From an uncultured bacterium (GTDB lineage Bacteria; CSSED10-310; CAZUFC01), in assembly GCA_964619725.1 (NCBI GenBank), contig CAZUFC010000046.1:1-53159 (forward strand): a DNA stretch of 53,159 bases. The letters are read 5' to 3'. Positions 1-11,200 of this stretch are shown here, piece by piece. The notes under the pieces are model-generated. The model saw only the letters and a list, made by a program, of their open reading frames with translations, made no database searches and was not told where the DNA came from. The position numbers were made by a program, and so were the translations under genes. The number at the start of each line of letters is the position of its first letter. The first letter of the stretch is position 1.

Positions 1-19
1 CGGAATACGCACATTTTTC

Positions 20-56
20 GACAATGATAAAAAATGCGTCTTTTGAGGTTACAATG
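20..56 (-). repeat. Degenerate right-end fragment of MITE family A
   Basis: GACAATGATAAAAAATGCGTCTTTTGAGGTTACAATG aligns with GGCATTGATCAAAAAAGCCTCTTTTGAGGTTACAATG at 23283. Confidence 0.65.
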
Positions 57-167
57 AAAGCCGGCAATAAACAAATAATCGATTAAAATTAAAGCGGCTG
101 CGATTCAGCGACGACTCTTTTTGATTACCCTCAGATTAATAGTTGCCCATCAGATTGACTTTCATAC

Positions 168-203
168 CTCCGCCCCGTCCGCTCCGTCCGCCAAGTCCGC
201 CGT
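168..203 (-). repeat. 9-bp tandem repeat family D (GCGGACnnn on minus strand), about 4 units
   Basis: CTCCGCCCC GTCCGCTCC GTCCGCCAA GTCCGCCGT; related arrays at 23199, 46866 and 52815. Confidence 0.7.
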
Positions 204-649
204 TAAAATTCCAAAAATGAATTCAACCGTATATCGTCCGCCATTGACAATAAAAAATTATGAACTTCCAAACGCATTCGACCTGACCAACTTCCCGATT
301 CGGAGGCTATAATAGCGTAAAGGAAGACAACGCTGTTCGGAAATACTCCGAATCAATTCAGAATAAATTGTAACCTTGAAATGTCCGCTTTTGATCAGCG
401 CCCTTCGACGACGATAGAAAACCAGAATATTGAAAATTAATGAAACAAAGCTTATCTTAACGCGAATGCCTTTTGCGGGAAGATTCAGAAGGCGCTGGAA
501 AAGGCAGGATTTTTATGCTGAGTTACTTATCGATAAATAACATGAATTCAATAACCCCGGACGCTGTTGACGCGAAATTTGAAACTGGATGCACCTCATT
601 CGTAATGACAGATGAGAAAAATCAAACCAGTTAAAAAGGAAAAAACGGA

Positions 650-1576
650 TTGAACTCCACAGGGATTATCCACAAGGGACTGAAAACCGTTTCCCGATTG
701 ACCCGGGGGAACTATGACCGTCTGAACGGAATAAGCGCTGTTCAACCGGAGGAGTTCCGGGCAGCAGCCGGAAAGGTTGAAATGGCCTGTCTGCACTGGC
801 CGGGAGACGGGCCGCCGCTTGTGATGCTGCACGGTTTGAACAGCAGTCCTTGGACCTGGGCGAGAACGGCCTCTGTCCTTTGTTGCGAGAGAGACGTTTA
901 CGCGGTTTCCCTGCGAGGTCATGGCGGAAGTTCGATTCCTGAAACAGGATATTCTTTGGACCGCGTTACCGGTGATTTACATGAGTTTATCCGGAATGTC
1001 GTAAAGCATCCCATCGATCTGGCCGGTCATTCCTGGGGCGGAAGAGCGGCGATCAAAATGGCTGCTGAAGATGACAATCAACTTGTTCGATCGTTGATAC
1101 TGGCAGACCCTGTTCCTCCGCAGGGACTGAACCGGCTGCTCCGGTCCTTTCCTTCCATGATCGTTTCAGCATACCGGACGGAAAGAAATGTTTACCGGGA
1201 TGAAAATTCCATGAAAAAGGCGGCGAAAAATATTATCTATCTGCAGGCCGGCGATCACATCGATCAGAATGTATGGCAGGATAAATTCGTTAAAACCGAT
1301 ACGGGACGAATGAAACCGAAATTGCCTGATGCCGGATTCAATGAAATCATGAACGATTTGAAAAACCATGACATAACAGACCTTCTGAAACTGATCGAAA
1401 TACCGGTATTGCTGCTTAAACCGACATTATCCGTCGCTTTCTTGCCGGGTGAATTGAAACATCTGAAACGACGCCTGAAAAGATTGTCCATAAAAAAAAT
1501 ACCCGGCGACCATACTTTTATACACTCCAATCCCTTGGATACTGCAAAGGCGTTGTTGGAATTTCTGAGGTCCTGA
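650..1576 (+). CDS. Alpha/beta fold hydrolase (esterase/thioesterase-like)
   Basis: 308-aa ORF with TTG start; LVMLHG oxyanion region, GHSWGG nucleophile elbow, C-terminal His (GDHTF). Confidence 0.9.
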   Translation: MNSTGIIHKGLKTVSRLTRGNYDRLNGISAVQPEEFRAAAGKVEMACLHWPGDGPPLVMLHGLNSSPWTWARTASVLCCERDVYAVSLRGHGGSSIPETGYSLDRVTGDLHEFIRNVVKHPIDLAGHSWGGRAAIKMAAEDDNQLVRSLILADPVPPQGLNRLLRSFPSMIVSAYRTERNVYRDENSMKKAAKNIIYLQAGDHIDQNVWQDKFVKTDTGRMKPKLPDAGFNEIMNDLKNHDITDLLKLIEIPVLLLKPTLSVAFLPGELKHLKRRLKRLSIKKIPGDHTFIHSNPLDTAKALLEFLRS

Positions 1577-1793
1577 CATAAATTGAGGAAAAAATATGAA
1601 TTGTCTGATGAAGCACAACCCTCGATCCGCTGATGTTCCCGCTTGCTTGCAAGCTGCTCGCATCGACATAAAATTTTCTGCACCTTTTCTGATGGAAATT
1701 TCAATATGTCGATTTTTTGCCGGCATAAATTGTAGCCGGCATTTCATCCGTCACGTCATGAATTTATAATTAACAACCGGTTTATTCAGCGCT

Positions 1794-3257
1794 TTGAACC
1801 GGTCAGGGAGAAAAAATAAACCGATGCCGAGGACAAATAACAAAAGTTCAATGAAATGGTTCCGCATAATAATCATATATTTCATCAGTTCGGGAATCCC
1901 TGTTTCTTTCGGCGCTTATGAAGATGCTGAAGAAGCTGCCCGCCGTAACTTGATCGTCATCACCCTGGATACTTTAAGGGCGGATCATCTGGGTTGTTAC
2001 GGCTATTTCCGGGAAACTTCTCCTGAGCTGGATAAGTTTGCGGATCAATCGATTTTTTTTGAACGCTGCATAGCCCCCATGGCCGTCACTCTGCCCAGTC
2101 ATATTTCGCTTTTCACCGGAAAATACCCTCTCGAACACAATATCCTGGCCAACTACGGACAATGGAAAGGCCTACGGTTCAATTCTTCCAATAATGTAAG
2201 ACTGCTTTCCGAAATTGCCCGGGATACCGGCTACGATACCGCTGCTTTCATCAGCGCCTCAACCGTAAACAGCAAAACAGGCATTGCCGCCGGATTCAGA
2301 ATTTTCAATGAACCGCATGCAAAAGCGCAGAGAAACGCCGGCGACACGAATGAACAGCTCTTTTCATGGCTCGACGGAAATCATGCTGCCCCTCTATTTC
2401 TATGGATTCATTATTTCGATCCTCATACGCCCTATGATCCCCCGGAACCCTTCAATGATTATTTTAAACCTGATTCCAGGCTCGAAGAATACATGAATCG
2501 GAGAAAAATACCGCAAAAAACGGATAAAAGAGTCGTCAAAGCCGGGAAAAGCGGTTTCCCGGAAGATGTCCGTAAAATAATCAATTATTATGACGGCGAG
2601 ATAAGATACATGGACGCGCAACTGGGACGCCTGTTCTCAAAATTGAAAACGACGGGATTCTGGGAAAACTCGGTCATTCTGATCATAGGAGATCACGGAG
2701 AAGGGCTTTTTCAGCATGACGTCCCCCTGCACGGTTCGGTCTGGGACGAACAGCTTCATGTTCCCCTGATGATACGCATACCTGGCGGAAAAACGGCTCG
2801 AATCAAGGAAACCGTCTCGCTCGTCCACGTTATTCCTTATTTGTTGCTGATCCTGCAGGATAAGGCATGTTTACCTTTTCAGGAATTTCTGAATCAGTCC
2901 CATTTGAAAAATGCTGAACCGTCACATGTTTTCCGTTTTCCAATACTCGGACAGGCCATTGAAAAACAGAATATGCCGCCTTCATATCCCTTCTATTCTC
3001 TGATTCGAGACGACTGGAAAATAGTAATGACCCAGGATGGTTCCTTCGGTTTGTTTAATCTGGATTCAGACCCCTTTGAGCTTAAAAATGTATATGAAAA
3101 ACGAAAAGAAACGGGCGAAAAACTGAAAAAGTCGTTGCTGGGAATTATTGAAAAACAAAAACGGCAAAATAAAAGAGTAAAAAGCGATGCGAAGGAAGAT
3201 GATTCAGGACCTTCCCCGGAAACCATCGAACAGCTTCGGGAGCTGGGGTATTTGTGA
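1794..3257 (+). CDS. Sulfatase-like protein (alkaline phosphatase superfamily); likely start ATG 1851
   Basis: ITLDTLRADHLGCYGY, TLPSHISLFTG, HYFDPHTPY, YDGEIRYMD, GDHGE and C-terminal EQLRELGYL. Confidence 0.9.
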   Translation: MNRSGRKNKPMPRTNNKSSMKWFRIIIIYFISSGIPVSFGAYEDAEEAARRNLIVITLDTLRADHLGCYGYFRETSPELDKFADQSIFFERCIAPMAVTLPSHISLFTGKYPLEHNILANYGQWKGLRFNSSNNVRLLSEIARDTGYDTAAFISASTVNSKTGIAAGFRIFNEPHAKAQRNAGDTNEQLFSWLDGNHAAPLFLWIHYFDPHTPYDPPEPFNDYFKPDSRLEEYMNRRKIPQKTDKRVVKAGKSGFPEDVRKIINYYDGEIRYMDAQLGRLFSKLKTTGFWENSVILIIGDHGEGLFQHDVPLHGSVWDEQLHVPLMIRIPGGKTARIKETVSLVHVIPYLLLILQDKACLPFQEFLNQSHLKNAEPSHVFRFPILGQAIEKQNMPPSYPFYSLIRDDWKIVMTQDGSFGLFNLDSDPFELKNVYEKRKETGEKLKKSLLGIIEKQKRQNKRVKSDAKEDDSGPSPETIEQLRELGYL

Positions 3258-3426
3258 GCTGAAAAAATGGAGGTTGGGAGGTGACGAATGCAACGGGGGA
3301 ATGGATGTCTGGATATGAACCGGAAAAATGGTCTGAACGATTGCCTGAGTGTTGAATACGAGTCGAAAATCAGTGCAGAAATTCTATGTTCCTTATATTC
3401 AGACTTGTCCTTATGCCTTACAGCGA

Positions 3427-3485
3427 GGACGGACGCGAAAAAATTAGGCGTGCCCGATTGAAAAATTAATAATTCGCGTCCATCC
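3427..3485. terminator. Imperfect inverted repeat between convergent genes, possible bidirectional terminator
   Basis: GGACGGACGCGAA ... TTCGCGTCCATCC between the sulfatase and osmC stop codons. Confidence 0.35.
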
Positions 3486-3503
3486 CGTATTCTAATAAAT
3501 TTT

Positions 3504-3929
3504 TTATAACAGACGGGCGTCCAGTTCTATATCGACGGCCGCTAGCGCTTGTGAGACGGGGCAGTTTTTCTTCGCTTCCTCAGCATGCTTGAGAAAATCA
3601 TTTTCACTGATTCCAGGGACTTTGCCTTCCGTATGCAATACTATTTTGCCGATTTTGAATCCCCCGTCGACTTTTATAAAATGCACGGCGGCCGTTGTTT
3701 TTACTGAATCGGGAGTATACCCCGCCTTGTCCAGGCCATTTGAAAACGCCATTGAAAAACATCCGGCGTGAGCCGCTCCGATCAGCTCTTCAGGATTCGT
3801 GCCTTTGCCTTCCTCAAAACGTGAAGCGAAGGAATAATTTCCTTCAAAGTATCCGCTTCCCAGTTTAACCGAGCCTTTTCCCTTGACCAGGGACCCCTCC
3901 CAAACTGCGTGACCTTTTCTGACAGCCAT
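3504..3929 (-). CDS. osmC: OsmC family peroxiredoxin
   Basis: RKGHAVWEGSL, GTNPEELIGAAHAGCFSMA and AKKNCPVSQAL; both catalytic Cys present. Confidence 0.95.
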   Translation of the reverse strand: MAVRKGHAVWEGSLVKGKGSVKLGSGYFEGNYSFASRFEEGKGTNPEELIGAAHAGCFSMAFSNGLDKAGYTPDSVKTTAAVHFIKVDGGFKIGKIVLHTEGKVPGISENDFLKHAEEAKKNCPVSQALAAVDIELDARLL

Positions 3930-4044
3930 GATTGTCGCTCCTTTCGTTGGATCACAGATTTTTCTTTAACAAAGAATCAAATCAATTCTCCATCTTTTTG
4001 GATGAAAAAGAAACGAAAAAGTTGCTGATTATCATATTTTTTTT

Positions 4045-4205
4045 GGGACTGATCAAACCGGGGTTACACTTCTTAAAAAACTTTCGACAGTTTGTTTCAG
4101 TAATCGGTATCGGGGTCGGTATCGGTGTCGGTGTCGCAATCGCAACAAAACGAATGGATATTCTGCAGGATTGTAACCTCAAAGGATGCATTTTTGATCA
4201 ATACC
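4045..4205 (+). mobile_element. MITE family A copy A1 (about 7 hexamer units)
   Basis: GGGACTGATCAAACCGGGGTTACAC...TGTAACCTC...TTTTTGATCAATACC; flanks TTTTTTTT / TTTTTTTA (7/8 TSD, low complexity). Confidence 0.85.
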
Positions 4206-4225
4206 TTTTTTTAAAATTTAAATTT

Positions 4226-4430
4226 CACACATCCTGACATTGACTGACAAAAAATTGTGAAATGTTTTACGAAAAAACTACAATCGATCAAAAAAAATCA
4301 AGAAAACAAAGTCCCCCCGCTTGCGGGGGGATATAGGGGGGGCAAAAAAATGCACAATTATTATGCCGAGACTCAGTGTGAAAAAATCAATTGATTTCAA
4401 TATGTTAGGTTGTCCTTATCAGGAGTTCTG
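4226..4430. mobile_element. MITE family B copy B1
   Basis: Ends CACACATCCTGACA...TATCAGGAGTTCTG; 5-bp duplication AATTT at 4221-4225 and 4431-4435; homologous to 28547-28730. Confidence 0.7.
4311..4343. repeat. GC-rich REP-like hairpin (CCCCCCGC-TT-GCGGGGGG plus G-run)
   Basis: GTCCCCCCGCTTGCGGGGGGATATAGGGGGGGC; second copy at 47131-47160. Confidence 0.7.
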
Positions 4431-4645
4431 AATTTTAATTCTATAGAAAAATAATGAACTCCGAAGTTCTGGAAGACTTATAACATTTCGGTTTTCAGAA
4501 AGGATAATGAGCGATTTTGAAGGTATGCTTTGCCGTATTAATTTTGCAATGTATTTTTCCGGCAGCAGCGATCACAATTCAATCAGCGGTTGTAGCCGCT
4601 CGTTTCGATCAGCTCCGATCCCGCTGTTGATAAGTATGCCGGGCA

Positions 4646-6768
4646 TCAGGGCTCTTCGGAATCACGGAGAAGCGATAGATGTTTCTCTGCTTCTTCGTCA
4701 TATCCCAGTTTTCGATAGCATCGGCTGAGGTGATAATGGGTTTCGTTGTAGTCCGGTTTTAATTCCAGGGTTCGAAGAAAGTGTTTGACGGCTTGTCGAT
4801 GATTGCCGGACTGCATATGGGCGAATGCGAGATTGAAATGCGCCTGGTAAATGCCCGGATGATCATTAATGAATCGTTCGTATATGAGTATCGCCGTCAG
4901 GTCGTATCCTGATTTCTGTAGGGCGAGACCGACCCTGAACATGGTCAGGTAGTCGACGATTTTCCGTGAATTCCGGGTAATGCTTTTTTCGACGAAAGCG
5001 GATTCCGGGAGCGGTGAATCTGCCGATCTGAATGAATGATAAGGTCTTTTACCCATGAATGGATGATTATTATACTGAATAGTCAGCAGATGCGACGACA
5101 GGGCTCTCAACAGTTCTTCGTGAGCAGGCATGGGGCGTTTCGGATTATCAGCGCAGACCCATACGGTGGAATGATGGGTTGCTGCGAGTTGTGCTGCTTT
5201 ATCGGCCACCATAAGCGCGTCGCTTTCTATTTTTTCCGCATCATAATATGACCAGTCCAGCCAGTTCGGGTGCGCTTCCCGCGCAAGCGGAAACCACAAA
5301 AGGTGCATGCGCCTGCCGGCCCGGTTCAGGTTATACTCAAGCATAGCCCACCATTTTCCTGTAACGACGAAAATGTCGTCATCCGCAGTGAATTCCGCTA
5401 TATGACGAGCCCAATTGCGGTTGTCGGTTCCTTTAACGTCATTGAGTTCAACCCGGATCGGACGGACGGCCAGGATAACCAGCAGAGATGCCGGGATAAG
5501 CCAGGCTGAATTCCGTTTAAAACTTGAAGCGTGGGGGAGAGCGTGAACGCCGGCAGACACTAGCAGGATGAAGGATGGTAACGCTATGGTATCGACTCGT
5601 CCGGGTGAATAAATAGGATTGCCGGCCCAGGAAACGATAAAAAGAAGAATCAGGGGTCCCAGGCACCCTGCCGTCAGTAATGGGAGCGATTTGGTTTTAC
5701 GTCGCAGCGCACTATTTTATTTTTCCATCCCAAAACTATCAGGAAAAGGGAGCCCGCGAGGGCTGCCCAGGCCGTCCACGGTAAATCGAATGTAAAGTTC
5801 TGATAGGGTGGGATCGCTCCATGACTCAGAACGCCCAATGACCAGGGAACCTGGAATGGGAACAGAGCCTTCCAGTAAGGTTTTACCCACTCGACGGGTC
5901 CGCTGCCCGATACTGACGTCTGAGTGATCCGGATCGACTGGGAAAGAAAGTGCGGAAGCCAGGGCAGGTAACCCAGGAACGTTAAGCAGATTGTCGTAAA
6001 AAGGACGACAAGACGTCTGCGATCAAAGGATTGTATTAAGGTTGCAAGAAGAAGCAACAAGACCGGCAGCAGGAAGAACATGGATATGTTATGCGTATAA
6101 AGAAGCAGGATAAACAGCATGGCTGCAAAAACGCCGTCCCTCAAACGGGGTTGCCGGTAAAGCGATGCGGCAAAGGGCAACGATGCCGTGACAAGCAGCA
6201 TCAACAATGAGTAATTTCTGGCTTCACGGCTGTAATGTATGTGCAGAGGGTTGACCGCCAGGAGGAAGGCGGCCAGAAGACCCGCCCGGCGGGATATCAG
6301 TCGGGCGCCTGCCGCATATATGACCCATATCGTAAGTATTCCCGATATCAAGGAAACGCTCCTCACCGCCCCTTCCGTCCAGGCTTCCCCGCCGACAAGA
6401 AAACGGATGAATTTCTGAATCAGGTAATAAAGCGGCGGATGGACCCCGGAAGCAAATTTGTCGAAAAGCTCATCTAATGGATATTCCGCCTAGGCTCCGA
6501 CGATGGCTTCATCTTTCCATAGTCCCGATTCGCCGATTTTCGGCAGACGGACGGTCAGCGCTATGAGAATTATAAAAGTGAGAGCTAAGCCGGTAATGAG
6601 CTGCGAAGAAAAGAAATCCCGGAATTTCTGCGATCTGGTACTTGAGAAAATGGACGTCAATTTGTTCGATCTCTCTAGTTTTTGTCCATAAACGGCGAAT
6701 TTTCCCAAATTCTGCGTCAGTCTTCGGATTAGCTCAGTCAACGTATCAGCAACATCCCTGCCTCTCAA
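4646..6768 (-). pseudogene. Disrupted GT39/PMT_2 (ArnT-like) membrane glycosyltransferase with C-terminal TPRs
   Basis: LWKDEA...HPPLYY...LLAVNPLHIHYSREARNYSL motifs; in-frame TAG at 6490-6492 and a frameshift near 5700-5725 join ORFs 6490-6768, 5674-6366 and 4646-5560. Confidence 0.8.
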
Positions 6769-6929
6769 ATCCTTACCATCCTTGTCTTAAGAAAAATTCG
6801 CTCGTTTATGGATCAAAAACCGCAGTGGCTGTCCAGCATTAAATTTTGAATCGAGATTCGAGTTTGTGGACAGACACTCTCTAGTTCTTCATGGCTTATT
6901 CATTTTTGCGCTGCTTATCCGCTCAGGAG

Positions 6930-7156
6930 CTCAATCCCGCTTCAGATAAGACTCCATCCTCATCTCCCCTCATAAGACTGTCCGTGACTCCGTCCGCCAG
7001 AATTACCGTGTCGAGATCGAGTTTCTGTTTCAGCTCCCTATAACATTCAGCAGCGGCCTGACGCCTGATTTCTCAAAGCAATATATGGGAACATCCTCAT
7101 TTTTATGCTTTTTGAACCATTCTGAAAGGTAAAATTCAGGGAAATACGGCAGATGC
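6930..7156 (-). pseudogene. Internal fragment of a DUF1152-family gene
   Basis: Manual translation YFPEFYLSEWFKKHKNEDVPIYCFEKSGVRPLL / frameshift / YRELKQKLDLDTVILADGVTDSLMRGDE; no start codon. Confidence 0.65.
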
Positions 7157-7612
7157 TTACAACCGGTCTATCATAGAACCGGCAGTGCTTTCCCTCAACC
7201 GTTTCGCCAGAATCCTGGAAAAGGTCTTATAGAATTTCAAAGCGATGGTTTGTTCTTTTTCCAACAGCTCCATGAATTTCGTTCGCCATATTTCGAGAAG
7301 CGCTGCGTTATTCAGGGCATAAGCGGAAAGAGAACGGGGATGGCTGTCGATCAGCGCCATTTCCCCGAAAGTTTCGCCGGGTTCCAGTATTTTGACCAGA
7401 ACCGGTTCGGGAGTATCCTTGCCTTTATATTTAAGTCCGATCTGTCCTGATTTGATGATATAAAGAGCATTGCCTTCGGTTCCCTGTTCAAAAAGTTGTT
7501 TTCCCTTTTCTATTTCGATCATATCAGCGACTGAGAAAACCCGGTGAATTTCTTCCTCCGTCAAATCTTTAAACAACGGAATCTGTTTAAGGGATTTAAT
7601 ATCTTTCGACAT
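7157..7612 (-). CDS. Stand-alone cyclic-nucleotide-binding domain protein
   Basis: LFEQGTEGNALYIIKSG and FGEMALIDSHPRSLSA phosphate-binding cassette; no HTH. Confidence 0.9.
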   Translation of the reverse strand: MSKDIKSLKQIPLFKDLTEEEIHRVFSVADMIEIEKGKQLFEQGTEGNALYIIKSGQIGLKYKGKDTPEPVLVKILEPGETFGEMALIDSHPRSLSAYALNNAALLEIWRTKFMELLEKEQTIALKFYKTFSRILAKRLRESTAGSMIDRL

Positions 7613-7820
7613 CTTCAGCCTCCTGCCGTGCGCCCGGTTTGTCTTTAAAACGCTTCGATGAGCGCAGCGCCATTACGACTGTCCCTCTTCAGTAAACGCT
7701 GCTGCTCAAACCATCTTTACCTTAGCGCCGATTTTCCCATAGAACAAGCGCTTACTTTCAGCCGTATTTCAGAAAACAACTTTTTCTTAAGTCAGAATGC
7801 TCTTTTTCCGGCTTCAACAA

Positions 7821-7848
7821 TTGACTTTTATTAAATTATCATTATATT
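7821..7848 (+). promoter_or_regulatory. Candidate sigma70 promoter upstream of the PKS locus
   Basis: TTGACT-16 nt-TATATT; would give a leader of about 400 nt. Confidence 0.4.
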
Positions 7849-8262
7849 CTTCGAATTCTCAGTCCTCCTTGAGGGCTGAAATGAAAACTGCTGATTATGA
7901 GGGAAGCGCCGCAAATGGACAATATGGGTAGGGCCGAACCAATCCGGTGCGGTGAAATAAATTCATTCGAGTTTCGTGCAGAGTGATGGGAAGAGCGGAT
8001 TAAAATGAAAAATGCTGCTTCTCCTTGTGGAAGGAGGAGCTCGCTGCAGGGAAGGGTCGCAAAAGATCGTTCCAGGAAGCGGGTTGTGAGGATTCTGAGT
8101 CATTAACAGCCGGTCAATCAGAAGGTATGAAACATTCATCATACAGTATGCGAATGGAGCGAGACGTCGAGGGATGCGCTTCAATGCTTTTAAATTCAGA
8201 TTTTTTGATAAGTCTGTTTGAAATTTATAGATATTCTAATTTACTGAGCAGGTTGAGAACAG

Positions 8263-11200
8263 GTGATTGAGGAAAGGAAACCGATGAAAAAAACAAGAAA
8301 GTTGCGTCATCGTATATTAGGGATAACGCCTTTTCAGAATCCGGACGTCAGTTTACTGTCGGCATTGACGAAGGCGGGAGCTTACGGGATTCTGGATTTA
8401 GGTTTGGATGAGGAGCGTGCGAGGAGTTCGATAAAGACGGCTTCAAGCGTTATAAAAGGGAATTTCGGCATTCGTATTCCGGAGAGCGCTGAATATCGCA
8501 TTGAAGAACTTCCCGAAAACGTTAATTCAGTAGTATTTCCCGATCCTGAATCATTCAGGCCTTATAAGGGGGCGGCAAACCTGGTTCAGGTTACATCCCT
8601 GGAGGAAGCCAAAGAAGCGGAATCGAATGGCGCTGATGGAGTGATAGCGAAAGGCAGCGAGTCAGGCGGCCGCATAGGCGAATATTCCTCTTTCATTCTG
8701 CTGCAGATGCTGAGGGGCGAACTCGGCATACCCTATTGGGCCCAGGGCGGCATTGGACTGCACACTTCATCAGCCGTATTAACATCCGGCGCTTACGGCG
8801 TAGTATTCGATTCTCAACTGGCGTTATTGGATGAATCGAGAATCGGTTCGGAATTACGCGAAATTCTGAGTAAAATTGACGGGACGGAGACCCGGATTTT
8901 TTCGGGTTATCGAATATTGAAGCGACCCGATATAGAGAAGAGACTCGAAGGATTGAATGAAACGGATATACCCCGCCGGTTCGGTCTTGAGGATTTGGAA
9001 AACAAGCTGGTTCCTGCAGGGCAGGATGCCGGATTGGCTCGTTTATATTCGAGTGAATTCCGTAATGTAGATAATTTTATTTTTGCGGTTAAGGAATCCG
9101 TTTCCGGACACTTGATGCAGGCGAAGACGCTGGCGCCCATGGAACCCGGTTCGCCGGCGGCACGGGACCATGGAACACGTTATCCGGTGGTTCAGGGGCC
9201 CATGACGCGAGTAAGCGACACGCCTGCCTTTGCGGAAAAGGTGGCTGAAGCGGGCGGACTTCCTGTATTGGCTCTTTCGCTTTTACGAGGAGAAGTAGCC
9301 CGTTCATTGATCGAACGTACGAAGGAGAGAATGGGCGACAGGAGCTGGGGAATAGGCATACTGGGATTCGCGCCGCAGGAGTTACGCGACGAGCAGTTTG
9401 AACTCATCAGGCAGGCCGGACCGGACTTCGTGATCATAGCAGGGGGCAGACCGGCCCAGGCAAAACAACTGGAAGAAGCCGGCATAAAGGCCTATTTGCA
9501 CTGTCCTTCACCCGGATTGCTGGACTTGTTTATAAAAGAAGGAGCACGGCGATTCATTTTCGAGGGGGGAGAATGCGGCGGCCATGTCGGACCCTTGTCG
9601 AGTTTCGTATTGTGGGAGTCGCAAATCGAGAAACTGCTGCAGTTCGATAAGCCCGAAGAATTGAGTTTGCTCTTTGCCGGCGGTATCAGCGACGGACTTT
9701 CTGCTGCGATGGTTTCATCATTGTCAGCGCCGCTGGCCGTGCGCGGCGCCAGGGTAGCCGTTCTTATCGGTTCAGCTTATATTTTTACGAAAGAGGCCGT
9801 GGAATCCGGCGCCATATTGCAGAAATTTCAGGATAAAGCTGTGGAACTCAAGGGCACAAGCTTGCTGGAAACAGCGCCAGGACATGCGAGTCGTTGTTTG
9901 AGAACTGAATACACGGAATTTTTTGAGAAAGAAAAGCAGAGATTGCTGGATGAGGGTAAGAATTCGGAAGATATTTGGATGAGTCTCGAAAAGCTGAATG
10001 TGGGGCGATTGCGGATAGCTTCCAAGGGTGAAAGGCAACTTGGAGCGGATGAGACGGATGTGGAAACGGTAGCAGACAAGGAGCAGGAGCAGGAAGGCAT
10101 GTATATGATCGGCGAAGTGACGGCGCTGCTGGACAAAGTTATGTCGATGGAAGAGCTGCACAAAGAGATATCTGAGGGTTCGGTCCGGGAACTGAAGAAG
10201 GTGCGCATACCGAGATTATTTGAGCATGTGAATCGTGATGATATAGCCATTATCGGGATGTCCTGCGTTTTTCCTGATGCCGCAAATACGGACGAATACT
10301 GGGCGAATATTCTTGCAGGTAAAAACAGCGTCACGGAAGTTCCAGACAAGCGTTGGAACAAAGAGATTTATTATGACGGAGAGACTTTAACGGGAGACAA
10401 GTCCTGCTCAAAATGGGGAGCTTTTCTGCCTGAATTGTTTTTCGATCCGCTGGATTACGGCATACCTCCCCAATCGCTGGCTTCGGTGGAACCCGTTCAA
10501 CTGCTCAGTCTTCACGTGGCCCGTAAGGCCGTTGAGGATGCAGGTTACGGAAAAAAGGGAAAGCCGATACCCCGTGAAACGACGTCGGTGATTTTCGGAA
10601 CGGAGCCGGGAAATGAGCTGTCGGGTCTGTATGGTTTGAGAGCGTTTTTGCCGCAGATTTTCGGAGAAATACCGCAAGAACTCGATCAAAAACTGCCCCG
10701 ACTGACTGAAGACTCGTTTCCGGGCGTTTTAGGAAACATCATATCCGGACGAATAGCCAACCGTCTGGACCTGGGCGGCGTGAATTACACGGTGGATGCG
10801 GCCTGCGCCTCTTCTTTAACCTCAGTGGATGTGGGAGTAAAAGAATTGCGTGCCGGTATAAGCGATATGGTGATAGCCGGCGGCGCGGACTTACACAACA
10901 GCATAAACGATTATTTGATGTTTACGAGCGTCCATGCGCTTTCGCGAACGGATCGATGCCGGACTTTCGATGCTGAAGCCGACGGAACCATACTGGGAGA
11001 AGGCATCGCAGCAGTGGTCTTGAAAAGGCTGGAAGATGCGATCATAGACGGAGACCGCATTTACGCCGTTATCAGAGGTTTGGGAGCGGCATCGGACGGC
11101 AGAAGCCAGGCGCTGACGGCCCCTAACAAAAAGGGACAGGAGCGCGCTCTGAGTCGGGCTTACAAAAGAGCCGGCATGCTGCCCAGCGACATTGAACTGA

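Noticed and set aside
4045-4205. Family A as integron attC sites
   Set aside because: The GTT and AAC boxes are in the reverse order to attC, copies occur in both orientations next to housekeeping genes, several have 8-bp TSDs, and no integron integrase is present.
6490-6492. Pyrrolysine or stop-codon reassignment at the in-frame TAG
   Set aside because: The same gene also has a frameshift, TAG terminates other genes here (e.g. murG), and no pyl genes are visible.
7850-8260. Riboswitch or ncRNA in the long PKS leader
   Set aside because: Only short hairpins are visible; I could not match a complete known aptamer by eye. An Rfam/Infernal scan would be needed.
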